Origin: Botryllus schlosseri
Taxonomy: Eukaryota
Reading direction: 5' to 3'
Assembly (NCBI GenBank): GCA_051294905.1
Contig: CM119373.1
Location: forward strand, 808,001 to 872,000
Length of the DNA: 64,000 bases
The translations under genes and the position numbers were made by a program. Within the stretch, counting starts at the first letter, position 1. The number at the start of each line of letters is the position of its first letter. A model generated the notes under the pieces. The model saw only the letters and a list, made by a program, of their open reading frames with translations. It did not search any database and was not told the origin of the DNA. This document shows, piece after piece, positions 63,756-64,000 of this stretch.

Positions 63756-64000
63756 CTGATTCTAAAAATATACATTGAAATCTAATCAGGGCAATGGAAC
63801 CCTGTTGAAATACACCTCAAAGTCCGGAAATCGGCATTGTTCTAAACAATCGCAGCGACGCAATACAATGACCATAACAATGGCCCTTGCGTGGTTGCGA
63901 TTCTTCAAAAAAATGCCGATTTCCGGACTTTGAGGTGTATTTCAAGGGGATTCCATTGCCCTGATTAGACTTTATTGTATATTTTCGGAATCAGACAATC
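63756..64000. repeat. Long palindrome centred near 63875, probably a MITE running off the window end
   Basis: TCTAATCAGGGCAATGGAA...TTGAAATACACCTCAAAGTCCGGAAATCGGCATT pairs with AATGCCGATTTCCGGACTTTGAGGTGTATTTCAA...TTCCATTGCCCTGATTAGA. Confidence 0.85.

Overview
Eukaryotic (animal-type, AT-rich, GT-AG introns) genomic DNA made almost entirely of nested, mostly decayed transposable elements. I found no intact host gene, rRNA, tRNA or CRISPR array. The main elements are: a full-length but disabled BEL/Pao LTR retrotransposon (12108-20215, 5-bp TSD) with a 5'-truncated Penelope element in its 5' LTR; a near-complete Buster-type hAT transposon (29708-32304); a fragmented pogo-like transposase with a C-terminal PHD finger; many hAT MITEs and deletion derivatives with 8-bp TSDs, nested up to four deep; a Gypsy 3' remnant; and an intron-containing P-element (THAP) transposase whose THAP exon is split by an RTE-like LINE with a 5' inversion. 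The most unusual stretch is 23000-25870. There, on one strand and in one order, lie remnants of a CR1/L2-type ORF1, an AP endonuclease, an OTU protease and a Penelope-type reverse transcriptase, possibly a chimeric retroelement. All calls come from motif reading and manual alignment; no database search was run.
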